Shown: positions 22,565 through 33,732 of the stretch, piece by piece
How the letters are laid out: each line of letters begins with the position of its first letter
How positions within the stretch are numbered: position 1 is the stretch's first letter
DNA from: Rhodosorus marinus CCMP1338
Taxonomy: Eukaryota > Plantae > Rhodophyta
Direction: 5' to 3'
Assembly (NCBI GenBank): GCA_029953675.1
Contig: JAMWBK010000011.1
Coordinates: forward strand, 744,001 to 808,000
DNA length: 64,000 nt
The notes under the pieces: model-generated
Databases searched by the model: none
Told to the model about the DNA's origin: nothing
What the model saw: only the letters and a program-made list of their open reading frames with translations
Made by a program: the position numbers and the translations under genes

Positions 22565-24166
22565 GGAGCTCGCATTGGATCAGGACGCAGTCCTGAGCAT
22601 ACACGAAAATCCTGCGGCAATGACAAAAAACTTTCCGCTATAAGAGCTCGACTTCCTTGGCCAAAAGGGCGGAGCCCGGGAATTCGGCCTCAAACAGTCA
22701 CGTTTCGCAGTAGTGATGCGGCACGTGTCTGTTTTCTTTTGAAATCCACATCAACTAAGAGTACGTAACGAGAGCAACTAGCCAAAGGCAAGAGAGCTGG
22801 CCAAGTGAACTGCAAAGTGCGTTTGCACAGCACGGCTGGGACTTGCTTGGCTGAGACTTGTGCGCAACGTCGAGGGCCATTACCAGGCCCCCGAGTACGA
22901 CGCAATACGCTAGCGCAGTACAGTCAGTTCGTTGAGAGTGAGGTCGGAGTGCGTATCGCCCTTTTCGATGACGTCTTCTCTGGGGTTACCAGACTGCAGG
23001 AAAAGACGACTATGTTGTTACAAACTGTTTTCCTACGAGGCGGGACGGTATGGGATAACGAAGAAGGACTTAATTCGCAGTAACAGCTGCTCAAGCTATG
23101 TTTTGGTCAGGGAAAACCGTGCGCCAGCTGTCCTCGTTGAGCCAGTTTTTCAGCTTGCTTGCCAGCGCCACTGTTTCTTTTGAAAACTCGTCCTGGGTAA
23201 CCACGTCTATCCAAATGACATGTTATCAACTTAAGGCTGTCAAGGATGACGAATTCATTTGTAAAAGTAGATCATTGAACAGCTCCGGCACTCCTCAGCC
23301 GCGGCACTATAGACGAGCCCCATCCAGCCGATAAATGCTCATTCCAGCCGTACGCGGGCAGATCTTTTCGTCCGATACCTCGACCTCGATGTATCGGTAC
23401 AGCGAACTAGATCCGTTTTCAAGCAGTGGCCAGAACTAGCACTTCAACATAAGGGCTTTCAGTGAAATCACTTGCGTCGACCCTCAAACCGGGCAAGCCC
23501 AACTCCAACTCGCGTCAACCCTCACAAAGGAGAATACAAAACATTTTAAACCATAATTCAAGAATTAGAACTCCTCCTAACGGCCCAAATTATATGACAG
23601 ACCAATAAACGCTGTTTTTACAATCAAAAATCCGTCTTTCTGCGGAGTGGCGAATTACTGGTCGGTGAGAGCCCAGTTAGCCAGGTTTCTTTTCTTTGCC
23701 AGCTTTACGGGACGGGAAAATCTGAACGAGCACTTGGTGGAGCTGCTTCATCGTTGTGTGAAGCTGACTTTCAAGTTCAGGTCCCTTCTTACTTCTACAT
23801 AAAGACGCTTCAGCTCTTCAGTTTTTTTTAATCTGTTACGTGTTTCTAAAGCGCTTCTCCTCTCGGCTTCAGGAGGGACTGCTGTTGATGCAATGGACTT
23901 GCGGAGCGGGAAAGCTTTTTTTTGCCATTCCTGACGTCGTTTTCGGAGCGGAGGACCTTCAACTTGACTGCGTTGCTTCTCCCTTAGCTATATATGTCCG
24001 CGAAGAACACCCACATGGCATCAATGTGCCGTTATTTCATCCAAACCCCCCTTTTGGAAGGACCGTTGAGTACACTAATAGCGAGATGTGTACACCAGGA
24101 GACTCGGTACAGCTTACAGCCGCGTCGGCAGACGAGCGTTTGCGGCTTGCTCAGGGTGTTGCGGGG

Positions 24167-25501
24167 ATGGACATCATCGGAGAGAATGTATTAAGCTTAT
24201 CACCTTTTCTACAATGGGATTCTACTCCATTCAACTGGCTTCTGTTCCGCTTGCAGAAGCAGACTGTCCCCGTTCCGGGTGAAGGCTCGGTTCTGCTATG
24301 GGACTCGAAGTGGTATGTACCGGAGGCGGCGAAGGTGGCCATGGAGGAGTCGCAGATTGGTCATCTGATCTCGAGGTTTGGTGAACCCTCGCTGATGATG
24401 CTAGAGCTTCGGCAGGAGGACTTCCTGCTGGGCTCCTACTGGTCATTTATTGGCGGTTTGCCTGAGGTGAACGGGCGAGCGAACGGCAACTTTGCAGGGT
24501 ATAACAGGGTCAGGTTTTTGACATACATGGCAGACCCTGGAATGGTTGTGGTATTCACTACTGAAGTGACACCCGGCGTTATTGCCTTCTCCAAAATCGA
24601 GGAGCTGGATGCTCGGCATGCGGCCCACACAGTTGGACTGATTGATACGACGACAGAGAACGTCATTCTGCGCATTAGGACGACTAGCAGAAGGAGCTGC
24701 GACGAGTGTGCGTCTTTGAATCGAGCATGTGATCCATCGACTTGTCAGAACGATCAGGACTTTGAGATGTCGAGAGCGGTAAGGCAGCTGCTCATTTCGC
24801 AACCTTCAAGCAACTACTCCCAATCGGCTCTAGACTATCAGCAGCTCTTTACAGATGGAGCATGGACGGGACCCCTGGGCAGTCCTGACCCGATGGTAAC
24901 CGTCGCCAGATGCTATTCGAAAGGTGCATTGTTTGATGTGGCTCTGCTTTCCGTAGTTCAAAACGAGATATCTGGAGTCCACCCTCCCCGCTCGTCTTTT
25001 CGTATTGTGAGTGAAGAATGGAATCAAATGGAGTACTATCAGGCCTTGGAGGACGTCTCCCGTAGCCCATTGGAAGAATCTTCACATAGTGAGGTGCGGT
25101 GTGCAAAGCCAAGCCCGCGCTCCTCTGGTACAGCAAAGCAAAGCAGAACATGTGAGATCTGTATGACCACCTTCCGCAGAAACTACGATCTGAAGAGGCA
25201 CTGGGCAGCGGTTCACGAGAACAGGAGGGACTTTGAATGTCTAATATGTGGCAAAACGTATACGCAAAAAGGGCATCTTAGAGAACACATCCGATCCGTG
25301 CACACGGATGATACAGCGTTCCAGTGCCGGATATGTAAAAAGCGATTTGGGGTTCAGTCGAAGCTGGAACGTCATGTCACCACCGTACACGACAGCAACC
25401 GGGGCTTCCAATGTAATCTATGCTCGAGAAGCTACAAGGAAAAATCATCCTTGAGCAAACACTTGCTGAAGCACCACAAGATTCGGAAGGGGAAAGACTG
25501 A
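24167..25501 (+). CDS. N-domain + Cys4 + 4xC2H2 zinc-finger protein (member 3)
   Basis: ATG at 24167 (MDIIGENVLS) aligns with MDLVGQHVS of member 1. The frame is open to 23840 but that extension has no paralog counterpart. Confidence 0.93.
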   Translation: MDIIGENVLSLSPFLQWDSTPFNWLLFRLQKQTVPVPGEGSVLLWDSKWYVPEAAKVAMEESQIGHLISRFGEPSLMMLELRQEDFLLGSYWSFIGGLPEVNGRANGNFAGYNRVRFLTYMADPGMVVVFTTEVTPGVIAFSKIEELDARHAAHTVGLIDTTTENVILRIRTTSRRSCDECASLNRACDPSTCQNDQDFEMSRAVRQLLISQPSSNYSQSALDYQQLFTDGAWTGPLGSPDPMVTVARCYSKGALFDVALLSVVQNEISGVHPPRSSFRIVSEEWNQMEYYQALEDVSRSPLEESSHSEVRCAKPSPRSSGTAKQSRTCEICMTTFRRNYDLKRHWAAVHENRRDFECLICGKTYTQKGHLREHIRSVHTDDTAFQCRICKKRFGVQSKLERHVTTVHDSNRGFQCNLCSRSYKEKSSLSKHLLKHHKIRKGKD

Positions 25502-26049
25502 CATGCCGTTTTCTGGAGTAGCGAGATGCGGTCGTTCAGGATGAGGATGGGTGAACAAAGAACGGGTCTGAATGACGGAATTAGGACAAAAGGAATTGGA
25601 CTAACATGAGGAAGACTAAATCAGCCGGGTACAGAGGATTATGTTATAGAAAACGCGCGGATTAATTAAACAAAAACTGTTCCAGCGTGCACAACTCTTC
25701 GCACACAGTACTTTGCCGTGGCGTACAAGGCAGCCAGACTAAAACAGGTTGCAAATCCGTAGAAAATTCGAGAAATTCGATGCGCCAGGAACTTCTCAAA
25801 GACAATGAACCCCAGTATCGTCTACGCCAAGCTATCTCAACCATCCCCGTTCCCCGCCTCGACTAAACATCAGCTTGGTTTTCGCGCCCGCTATCAACAA
25901 AAGGCGCGGCCGTTGCGATTGGCTTCCTCACAGAAAACTTGATCTGTAGTTGCCTACCCTTCTCGTCCTTCCATCAAGACAAGCAAACCCTCACCTCCTC
26001 AACCCGTCACATCCCTTTTGACCAAGCCACTGGCAGACCACATCAACGT

Positions 26050-26185
26050 GGGACAGACTGTCGGGGTTTTATACCCCGACAGTCTGTCCCGTACCCAATG
26101 ACAGACTGTCTCCGGCCCGAAAAGACGGATTGTCATTTCTGAGTTAGGACAGACTGTCCATTCTGTTTTGAAATGACAAGCTGTC
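26050..26185. repeat. Perfect 18-bp hairpin followed by a periodic GAC-N5-GTC palindrome array
   Basis: GGGACAGACTGTCGGGGT / ACCCCGACAGTCTGTCCC (26050-26090). GAC-N5-GTC starts at 26052, 26078, 26100, 26124, 26148 and 26175. Confidence 0.9.
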
Positions 26186-26370
26186 CCGATTTTTTTTGAT
26201 GGAGACCAACATGAGCTCAGTATACCTCCCTTCCTTATGGCTTCATTGTCTCCACTGTGCAGTTGTGAATCCACACCTCTTCTCTCTCTCAGCCGAACAA
26301 TGAAACGACCTAGCGCGGAATGTGGCCACTCTAGAAGGTCTCCGGTGACAAATATCGTTAGGGCATGAAA

Positions 26371-26416
26371 CCCACTGATCTTATGCCAAAGGTCCCCACT
26401 GATCTTATGCCAAAGG
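26371..26416. repeat. 24-bp direct tandem duplication
   Basis: CCCACTGATCTTATGCCAAAGG at 26371 and 26395. Confidence 0.95.
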
Positions 26417-27126
26417 GCAGTCTAAATTAGACGCAGGGGGAATTCGACTGGCTATATATTATTATTTACACCAAAAGAAAGTCAATTCTTTTACTGTACT
26501 CACAGTTCTCTGTTGAATCCTTAAGGTGTCTACTTCCCAGCCAACACAAATCCCCGCGTTTACCAAACGTCCAGGATCTCCACTTTCCTGCCGGAGAGGG
26601 TTTCATGGAAGTCTCTGTATTAGAAGGGAAAATTTCAGCTTGCTAACGCTTGAGGAAGGCGGGAGCCGTTCACGTATCTGGTGCGATTTTCTTGCTTTCT
26701 CTTTAGAACGTTATCTTGGTTTGTGTGTCTCTCTCTCAAGGCGGGGAGAAGAAGGAATGAGAGAGCTCTCTTCTGTTGAACTCCCAGAGCTGTGAGTGAT
26801 TTTGTGTGGATCCAGTTGAAGGGGCTCGCATTTTTGGAGAGGGGGCAATTGGAAAGAGTATATGTTCTGGTAGAAGCTTGGCCGCATCCTGCGCCCTGGA
26901 CGTAAGGTATTTATCTCGTCTGTCCTTTTGTTGAGGGGGAGGGGAGTTGCACGTTGTCCTGTTCAATATGGTCTAGTGGTTGGACTTGGTCAGCCCCACG
27001 AGGCAAAATGATATGTGAGATGAAGTCAATGGTCTGGCGTCCCCAAGCAATAGGCAGGTTGACTGTAGATTTCTAGAGCGTTGATTAAGCGGCCTGGGGA
27101 GTTTTTGTTTTTGGAACTGGAAAAGA

Positions 27127-28497
27127 ATGAACGTGGGTGCGGCTTTCTCGTCCGTCTCACGGCACTTGGACTGGGGTTCTGTCGCGGCGGACTGGTTGCT
27201 TTTCAAGACGCATAAATTGGCAGTGCCTCGTCCAGGTGAGTGGCAGACGCTGCTAATGGACACGAGAGTGTATGTGCCGGAAGATATGAGGGCGGTTCTA
27301 GAACAGAGAGAGGTCGCCCGGATGCTTGGAATTCTGCAGCAGCCTGTGCTGATGATGGTCCAACATGTTGAAGATAAGTATACGTTGGGGTCTGGATGGG
27401 CATTCCAGGGAGGTCTGCCGGAGCAAGACGGCGGGGTCAACAAGAGGTTCACGGGAGTCGTAAGGATACGCTTCATGCTGCACTATGAGGAGCAGAAAAC
27501 AGTCAATACTGTATCTTGCGAAGTGCAATCCGGGCTCGTGGCGTTTTTAAAAACTGGCGAAGTTGACGGAAGGTTCAATAGATCGGTTTGGGGAGTCCTC
27601 GACAAGGAGACTGAGAAACTTCTCGCAGTCAGTACGTCTGTTGCTCGAAGGGAATGTGATAAGTGCCGCATGCTTGGCGGTCCATGTGATCCCGAAGCGT
27701 GCGATACAAGTGATCAAGCTTTCGAAAGCCTGTGGGCTAGTAGAATGAAGGTGAAGGAGCGGTCAGTTTTCACACATATAGACATGGAGTACTTATGCCT
27801 TCTGTATGACCGCTCTTCTTGGAGTATTTCCCACGGGCCTGGTAAGCCGATTACTGCCGTCGTGGCAAGCTACAAAAGCGGACCTCTCTTCGAGGTCGCG
27901 CTGGTCTCGGTTGTGCAAGATGAAGTTCTAGGAATACACCCTCCGCGATCCTCGTTTCGAACAGTGAAATATGTGCGGGAAGCCGTTGAGTATGTTCTGG
28001 GTCATGACGAGGGAGAGGAGTCGTTGAACAAGCAAGAAGCGATTCTGGGTATGGAAGAGGATTCGGTAATTGAGAGCGGGTCTCCTGGCGTGAATGCATC
28101 GGCGGATGACAGCGGGTCTTCGAATCGGAACGTAGAGGATGCTAGAGCGGCTTGCGATCAATGTGGTATGAAGTTCAAGAGTAGGTGGGAATTGGAGAGA
28201 CATCGACGAGGGGTGCACCTGAAACGCCGAGACTTCAAGTGCAGTACTTGCGGGAAGAACTTCTCTCAACAAGGACACGTCAACGAACACGTTAGGGTGG
28301 TCCACAGTAGAGCAAATTTGCACCAATGCAAGACCTGTGGGAAGGGTTTTGGTGCCATGTCGAAGCTTCGGCGACACGTCCTCACCGTCCACGAAAAAGA
28401 GCGCAATTTCCACTGCAAAATGTGCAGCCAGTCCTACAAAGAGAGGTCGTACCTAAAACGGCACATGCGGAATCAGCACGGGGAAAAAATGCCCTAA
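27127..28497 (+). CDS. N-domain + Cys4 + 4xC2H2 zinc-finger protein (member 4)
   Basis: 456-aa ATG ORF with LGSGWAFQGGLPE, CDKC-x6-C-x4-C, HPPRSSFRTVKY and four fingers. Confidence 0.95.
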   Translation: MNVGAAFSSVSRHLDWGSVAADWLLFKTHKLAVPRPGEWQTLLMDTRVYVPEDMRAVLEQREVARMLGILQQPVLMMVQHVEDKYTLGSGWAFQGGLPEQDGGVNKRFTGVVRIRFMLHYEEQKTVNTVSCEVQSGLVAFLKTGEVDGRFNRSVWGVLDKETEKLLAVSTSVARRECDKCRMLGGPCDPEACDTSDQAFESLWASRMKVKERSVFTHIDMEYLCLLYDRSSWSISHGPGKPITAVVASYKSGPLFEVALVSVVQDEVLGIHPPRSSFRTVKYVREAVEYVLGHDEGEESLNKQEAILGMEEDSVIESGSPGVNASADDSGSSNRNVEDARAACDQCGMKFKSRWELERHRRGVHLKRRDFKCSTCGKNFSQQGHVNEHVRVVHSRANLHQCKTCGKGFGAMSKLRRHVLTVHEKERNFHCKMCSQSYKERSYLKRHMRNQHGEKMP

Positions 28498-29924
28498 AAG
28501 AATGAAGATACGTTTTGTCAGGCAAAACGCTCTGAGGAATCCGAAGGATTGGGTCTGGTCTCCCAGTCTTCCAAGAGCTGGCTAGATTTAATCCTGAACA
28601 GGAGAAACCCTTGGAGTGTGGTGATACATATTTATGAAACGATTTGTAAATAAGAAACCTTTTAAGACCTTAAGACCCTGCGAGAGAACCGAGGAATTGC
28701 AAGGCCTGGTGAGTGTGCCCACCCCAATTTCTATGGACCTAGGACGCAGTTCACGGACCCGGAAATCTTGGCAAACATCAACCAGATTTTCCGATCTAGG
28801 ACTAAAGCAAGTCAAGGGCTTGGTAGGTCGAAACAAGAGGTTGACATTTCATATCTGCTTGGTTACTGGACAAGGCAGAACGCTGAATCCTTGCACAGCC
28901 GGGGAATCTCCATCGGTGGTCGAAAGATCAACCTAACAGAGAATCTCAACGAGAACTGCGAGAGGTAGTCCCATAGCTGGAGTAGCATCACACAGCGCGC
29001 TTCAACCTTTAGCGTCTTCTTCCTCAACACCGTTTCCAATTAGGCCGTCGAATATCTCTCAGGCGTTTTAAGGGCAATGGATTAAGGTTTGTCATTTCCG
29101 CTGGGCAAAAAACCTGCAATAATGTCCGATAAATATCAGACGGATCGATAAAAGTTTATCGGACCTGAAAATACGTAACAATTAGCACGTTTGGGTTTCT
29201 GGCTCGTGTCCGATACAAGTTTGTCGGACCTGAATGAAAAAGATAAACGCTTTTGTTTGTCCGGTAAAGACCGATCTGCGTCCGATTTCTTCAATCAACG
29301 ACTAATAATGATTGAATTTCAAGCTTCTTCGGGGAAATTGATAAACAGTTCCTGGTTCGCGATGTCAATGGAAATCCCGCACCGAGGATTGTTCGGTCGG
29401 GTGTGCGTCGAGTTGCGGGCCTAGTCATCGAGGATACCAACGGACTGAGGAACGCGAGTGTAGACCTAACGCTCCTTTGTACCCTTTCGGCTTGGTACCT
29501 GCCCTCAGCCTCCCGTCCGAAGGGTGCAGCTGCGATTATTATTGGGAGGTATAAGGAGTTGGTGCACACGGAGGCGCTAACTCACGCTTAGGTTTTGCTT
29601 TCTGCGCGCTCTTATCGGCTTGCTCCACTTTTTATAGAGGTATTTGGGTTCGTAGATAGCGCTGGGGGGGCTTGGTTGCGGGAGTGTTACCGTGACCGCC
29701 ATGATGCTCTTTCTCGGCTGTTTCTTTATGTCTGACTCTCTGGTGCTGTAACGATGCCAAAGTTTTGGAAATGCGCTCTCTACGCCCTTACTAAGTACCT
29801 CATTCGGGGTCCTTGGCCTCCGATTAAACCAAGATGATGATGATGAAGGTGATTCACTGCATAATGATTCGCGCTCCAATACCCCAATGACTGTTAAACC
29901 ATTACATGAATTAGTATATCTTAC

Positions 29925-30153
29925 TCGGAGACTGAAACAAAAAGGGGAAAACAAAGACTGCTGAAGATCGTCGCGCCTCCAACATCAGAGCAGCGTTTAT
30001 ACGCCGTAACGGGAAACTTAAAACGGCTAACAACGAGAAAAGCCAGTCAATTCGCGAAACCAAGGGGAACCAACCAAATCCGTAAAGCCAAACCACTCAA
30101 ATACCAAGGGTACCAGTGAATAAGCCATAGCTGAAGCTCGAATTCCAGGGGAA
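29925..30153 (+). repeat. Dispersed ~230-bp repeat, copy A (probably transposon-derived)
   Basis: Aligns by eye with the reverse complement of 58012-58278: TCGGAGA.TGAAA...GAAGATCGTCG..CCTCCAACATCA..GCAGCGTT.ATACGCC...GGTACCAG...GAAGC.CGAAT.CC.GGGGAA. Confidence 0.8.
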
Positions 30154-30396
30154 TTTCACTTCTTTGTGAAATCTCCTAGTCGCAGCCACAGATCCACGTC
30201 ACTCCGCCACAGCTCGCAGATAACGGCTCACCCGAGGATTGGGAACAGCTTGCTGTCAACGTACGTAGCTAGGTGGCCGTCTTCACAACTGACGCCCAGC
30301 TCGGCAACAACACGGCGCTCATCATTATGGTAGCTCACCACCGCCAGGGACTTACTCACCCTCCACCTCCAAGACCGGCTGCCCGTACTAGACCCC

Positions 30397-30468
30397 TCAA
30401 GAAAGTAATCATAATTCAATATAGAAGGAGTGACAGCTTGTCATATCAAGAAAGTAATCATAATTCAA
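30397..30468. repeat. Short direct repeat flanking a palindrome
   Basis: TCAAGAAAGTAATCATAATTCAA at 30397 and 30446, with TGACAGCTTGTCA between them. Confidence 0.9.
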
Positions 30469-31531
30469 ATATCGGTGCTAGAGATGATTGATTATCCAAT
30501 CCAGAGTTGATTGAATTTAACGTTTTATCCGACCAGAAATCGGACTCGTTTTGCGTATGAATTAAAACCGTATACTAGAGGATTTTCTAGTGTATTGCAA
30601 TAGCCGATGCCAAAACAAATCAGACGCGTCCGATAATCGATATCGGACTGTCTATGACAACCTCCCAAGATGTAGAGTACACACTGCCAAGTCTCTTTAT
30701 TTTCAGAAAGCTTTGTGGAACGAGCAAAATTCTCGTCTGTACTGTAAACTTTATTCCAAAACACAAAAAAACTCAGAGTTTAATATTCCGAATTTCAAGA
30801 CCATGAACGCCAATTAAAAATTATTAATACGCATATGACGTAATTGATTGGCTGAATTTGCCGGTTTTGTACTTATAATTTACAAGGCAATCAGGTGTGC
30901 CCCCTTTTGAACTGTACGCTCTAAGGGGGGTGGGAGGCCGGCTAACTCAACAATTGAAGCGGTGGTAGCGGTTGCGATTTGAGGAAAACCATCAAGGAGA
31001 TGACTAATGGAGGCTCCTATTCTATTTACTAGATCTATGAGCTCGCCTGACTCTTCACTATCTCAAAGGACTGGCCCTTAGTTCGCAAGTTCTTCTTGTT
31101 TTGAGTTTGTCGTTGTTGATCATTTTTCCGGAGGGGAGTTTCGTTCGCGGCTTGGGTTTGCGGACTGTTTTCCCGATCTCGATTGAGAAACAATTCGCGA
31201 TTGCTTCTCTTCGCTGAGTTGTAGAGTTGTAGCGTTCTAACGCCGCCATAGTTTTAGCGACCTCGTTCTCTGGGCTTCGCCTGGCCTTCATCCTCTCAGG
31301 CGGGTCGTTGCGATGATAGTGTACACTCATTCGGAGTTTTCGTATTTGAGGGCGATGCGATGGAAGGGGTTTGTGTGGAGGTTTGGGTTGCTGGAGGAGC
31401 GTTGGGGTTCTAATTAGATATGTCTGTTCTGTTGTTCTGATCAGTTCATGACAAGAATGTAGTTGACCATGGGGCAGGAGGTTGGTTGGTGAGACACGGA
31501 GGCTGTTAAGCTCTTTGATCTTTCTGCGCAC

Positions 31532-32908
31532 ATGGATTGTAAGTGGGCATTGGAATGTATGGTTGGACGGCAAGTGTCTTCCGTTTGCCATCACCTGGAA
31601 GTGGACCCAATTGCTTCAAGCTGGATTATGTGTAAGAGCCATAGGCGGGCTGTGCAGCACCCCGGATACTGTTCTGTCCTGCTCCTGACCGTAAAGGTTG
31701 AACAGGTGGATATTTCTGAGCCATGGATAGAGGGCCATATGTCGAAAGTCTTGAATGTGATGACGCAGCCGCTACTTCTGATGACTGAGGTACAAGATGA
31801 GCGATATTCAATAGGTTCTGGATGGGCATTCAATGGTGGCCTTCCCGAGGTGGATGGGACGGTCAACATGAACTTTGGAGGAGTGGAGAGAATCCGACTA
31901 ATGACGCTGATCGGTGACAATGGCATGGCGGTGGTTGTTTACTCGTGTATCGTAGGACAGGGGCTGGTGGGTATGCTGAAGGTGATAGAGATAGACGAGA
32001 GGAGTGTGCACAGCTCTTATTATCTCGTTAACCAAAAGACAGAAACTATAATAGGTGAGGCGCAAGCGCTTAGTCGCCTTCCATGTACTCCGTGTTCAAC
32101 TAGCGGGCGTACCTGTGATCCCAGCGCGTGCGAAAACAAGGCGTCATACGATATAGAGAGAGCTTGTCGACAAGAGCTTCTCAACAGCATGGATTATCCG
32201 ACTTGCAACATGCAGTACTACGAGAAACTTCTGAGTGGGAGTTGGTCATCATCGCTAGGCTCCTCGGGCACAGCAAGACACAAGAGTACCTGCATTAGAA
32301 CGGGCACGGCGTTTCAGTCTGCACTTACTGCGGTGATGCAGCGCGAGATTGTGGACGTTCATCCCCCGCGCGCGTCCTTCCGCACGGTAAAAACCGGAAA
32401 AGATGAGATGGATTACTTCCTGGGGCTTGAGGAGCAGTCTGTCGCCGCTTTGAGCAAGGAGAGGCCTTTCACCAAGGATTCGATTAACCAGCGTCCCCAC
32501 ATTGGGAAGGTTTGTGTAGAAAGCGCGAGGGAATCAAAACTTATTTGCCCCGAATGTGGCAAGAGGTTCCCAAGAGAATGCGAGGTTAGGAGACACCGTA
32601 CAACTGTCCACGAGAAACGACGAGATTTCATATGTTCAATCTGCGCCAAGGCTTTTGGACAGCTGGGTCATATGAATGAGCATATACGCGTAACGCATAG
32701 TGGATGCAACATGTGCAAGTGTGGGACGTGCGGAAAGAGGTTCGGGAACTCATCCAAGCTCAATCGACATGTACAGACGGTACACGAGAAGGTACGGAGC
32801 TTCGAGTGCGAGCTGTGTGATGGGCGGTACAAGGAGAAATCATACCTGAAACGGCACATACTTAACAAACATGGTGTGGAATGGACTGAAACCTCGATAT
32901 GGAAATAA
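31532..32908 (+). CDS. N-domain + Cys4 + 4xC2H2 zinc-finger protein (member 5)
   Basis: ATG ORF (alternative start 31559) with IGSGWAFNGGLPE, CTPC-x6-C-x4-C, HPPRASFR and four fingers. Confidence 0.95.
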   Translation: MDCKWALECMVGRQVSSVCHHLEVDPIASSWIMCKSHRRAVQHPGYCSVLLLTVKVEQVDISEPWIEGHMSKVLNVMTQPLLLMTEVQDERYSIGSGWAFNGGLPEVDGTVNMNFGGVERIRLMTLIGDNGMAVVVYSCIVGQGLVGMLKVIEIDERSVHSSYYLVNQKTETIIGEAQALSRLPCTPCSTSGRTCDPSACENKASYDIERACRQELLNSMDYPTCNMQYYEKLLSGSWSSSLGSSGTARHKSTCIRTGTAFQSALTAVMQREIVDVHPPRASFRTVKTGKDEMDYFLGLEEQSVAALSKERPFTKDSINQRPHIGKVCVESARESKLICPECGKRFPRECEVRRHRTTVHEKRRDFICSICAKAFGQLGHMNEHIRVTHSGCNMCKCGTCGKRFGNSSKLNRHVQTVHEKVRSFECELCDGRYKEKSYLKRHILNKHGVEWTETSIWK

Positions 32909-33732
32909 TGCCAAACATCGCGACGATAACGATGTTTAAAATGATCTCCAGATGGTGCTGCGACGAGACAGCCGGGGAATGACAACTCCAATGGAAGGGT
33001 GATGGAAAGTGTACTCCCCAGGTTCCTGTTGCCAAAGTCAAATTGGGGATGCCGGCCCATCAGCGAGGCAACTATATTTAAGATATCCGACGAGAACGAT
33101 GTGGAGAGGCATCTATATTTAAGCTACCCAGCGAGAAAAAATTTCACTCCAAGTATAGTTTTAGTTTGAGAACGATTGCTCGCTGGTGGGGTGGCATCGC
33201 GAATCCTAGTCGCATTGACGTTTGTTTTCCTTTTTTGGACGGACCAGAGGACACATAAAGATTGCGACCTGATGCCAGATATCTGGTAACCTTATGCCTG
33301 CGGTGCTTCTGTGACTTTCCCTAGAATCCGTGTGTGACGCGCGAGCAAGGAATCAACTTTAAGCAAATAAAAATTAACCTGAAATATAGCCCAAATCCGC
33401 TCCGCCAAATTAGAGAAGTGTTTCCTACATATAAGATCAAAAAGCTATAATAAAGGAGATACTCCCGATTTCTCGCTTTTAGAGCCTTTTTTGGTCCCAA
33501 AACTAAACCATCTACCCAAAACATCGACTACATATTTCAATTTGTTTTAATATTCTTTTTGATCTGTTTTTTTGGAAAGGACGCTTTGGGCGTTTGGAGT
33601 CAGCCTCCAGTGGAGTCTACTGTCTTATCCTGACACTCGCTGCGGTGTGTGGAGTTGGAGAACTCTTGGAAGGCGAAATGGTATCCGGTAAGTCCTTGAG
33701 GACTTGTTAGGAGCGAAGTGGAGTGTTTCGAG

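Noticed and set aside
22805-23083. ORF with IALFDDVFSG, like an ABC-transporter Walker B
   Set aside because: No Walker A or signature motif nearby, and it starts at GTG. Likely coincidence.
23840-24166. 109-codon in-frame N-terminal extension of member 3
   Set aside because: It starts at GTG, has no counterpart in 12 paralogs and contains a TATA-like CTATATAT at 23988. Most likely open by chance.
27928-28413. Long antisense ORFs over finger regions (also 45581-46138, 48306-48845, 11188-11622)
   Set aside because: Shadows of the sense C2H2 codons. They recur over paralogous segments without conserved starts.
31058-31594. 178-aa antisense ORF overlapping the start of member 5
   Set aside because: It is the complement of a G/T-rich leader and of the coding start, which is poor in stop codons. 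No domain recognised.
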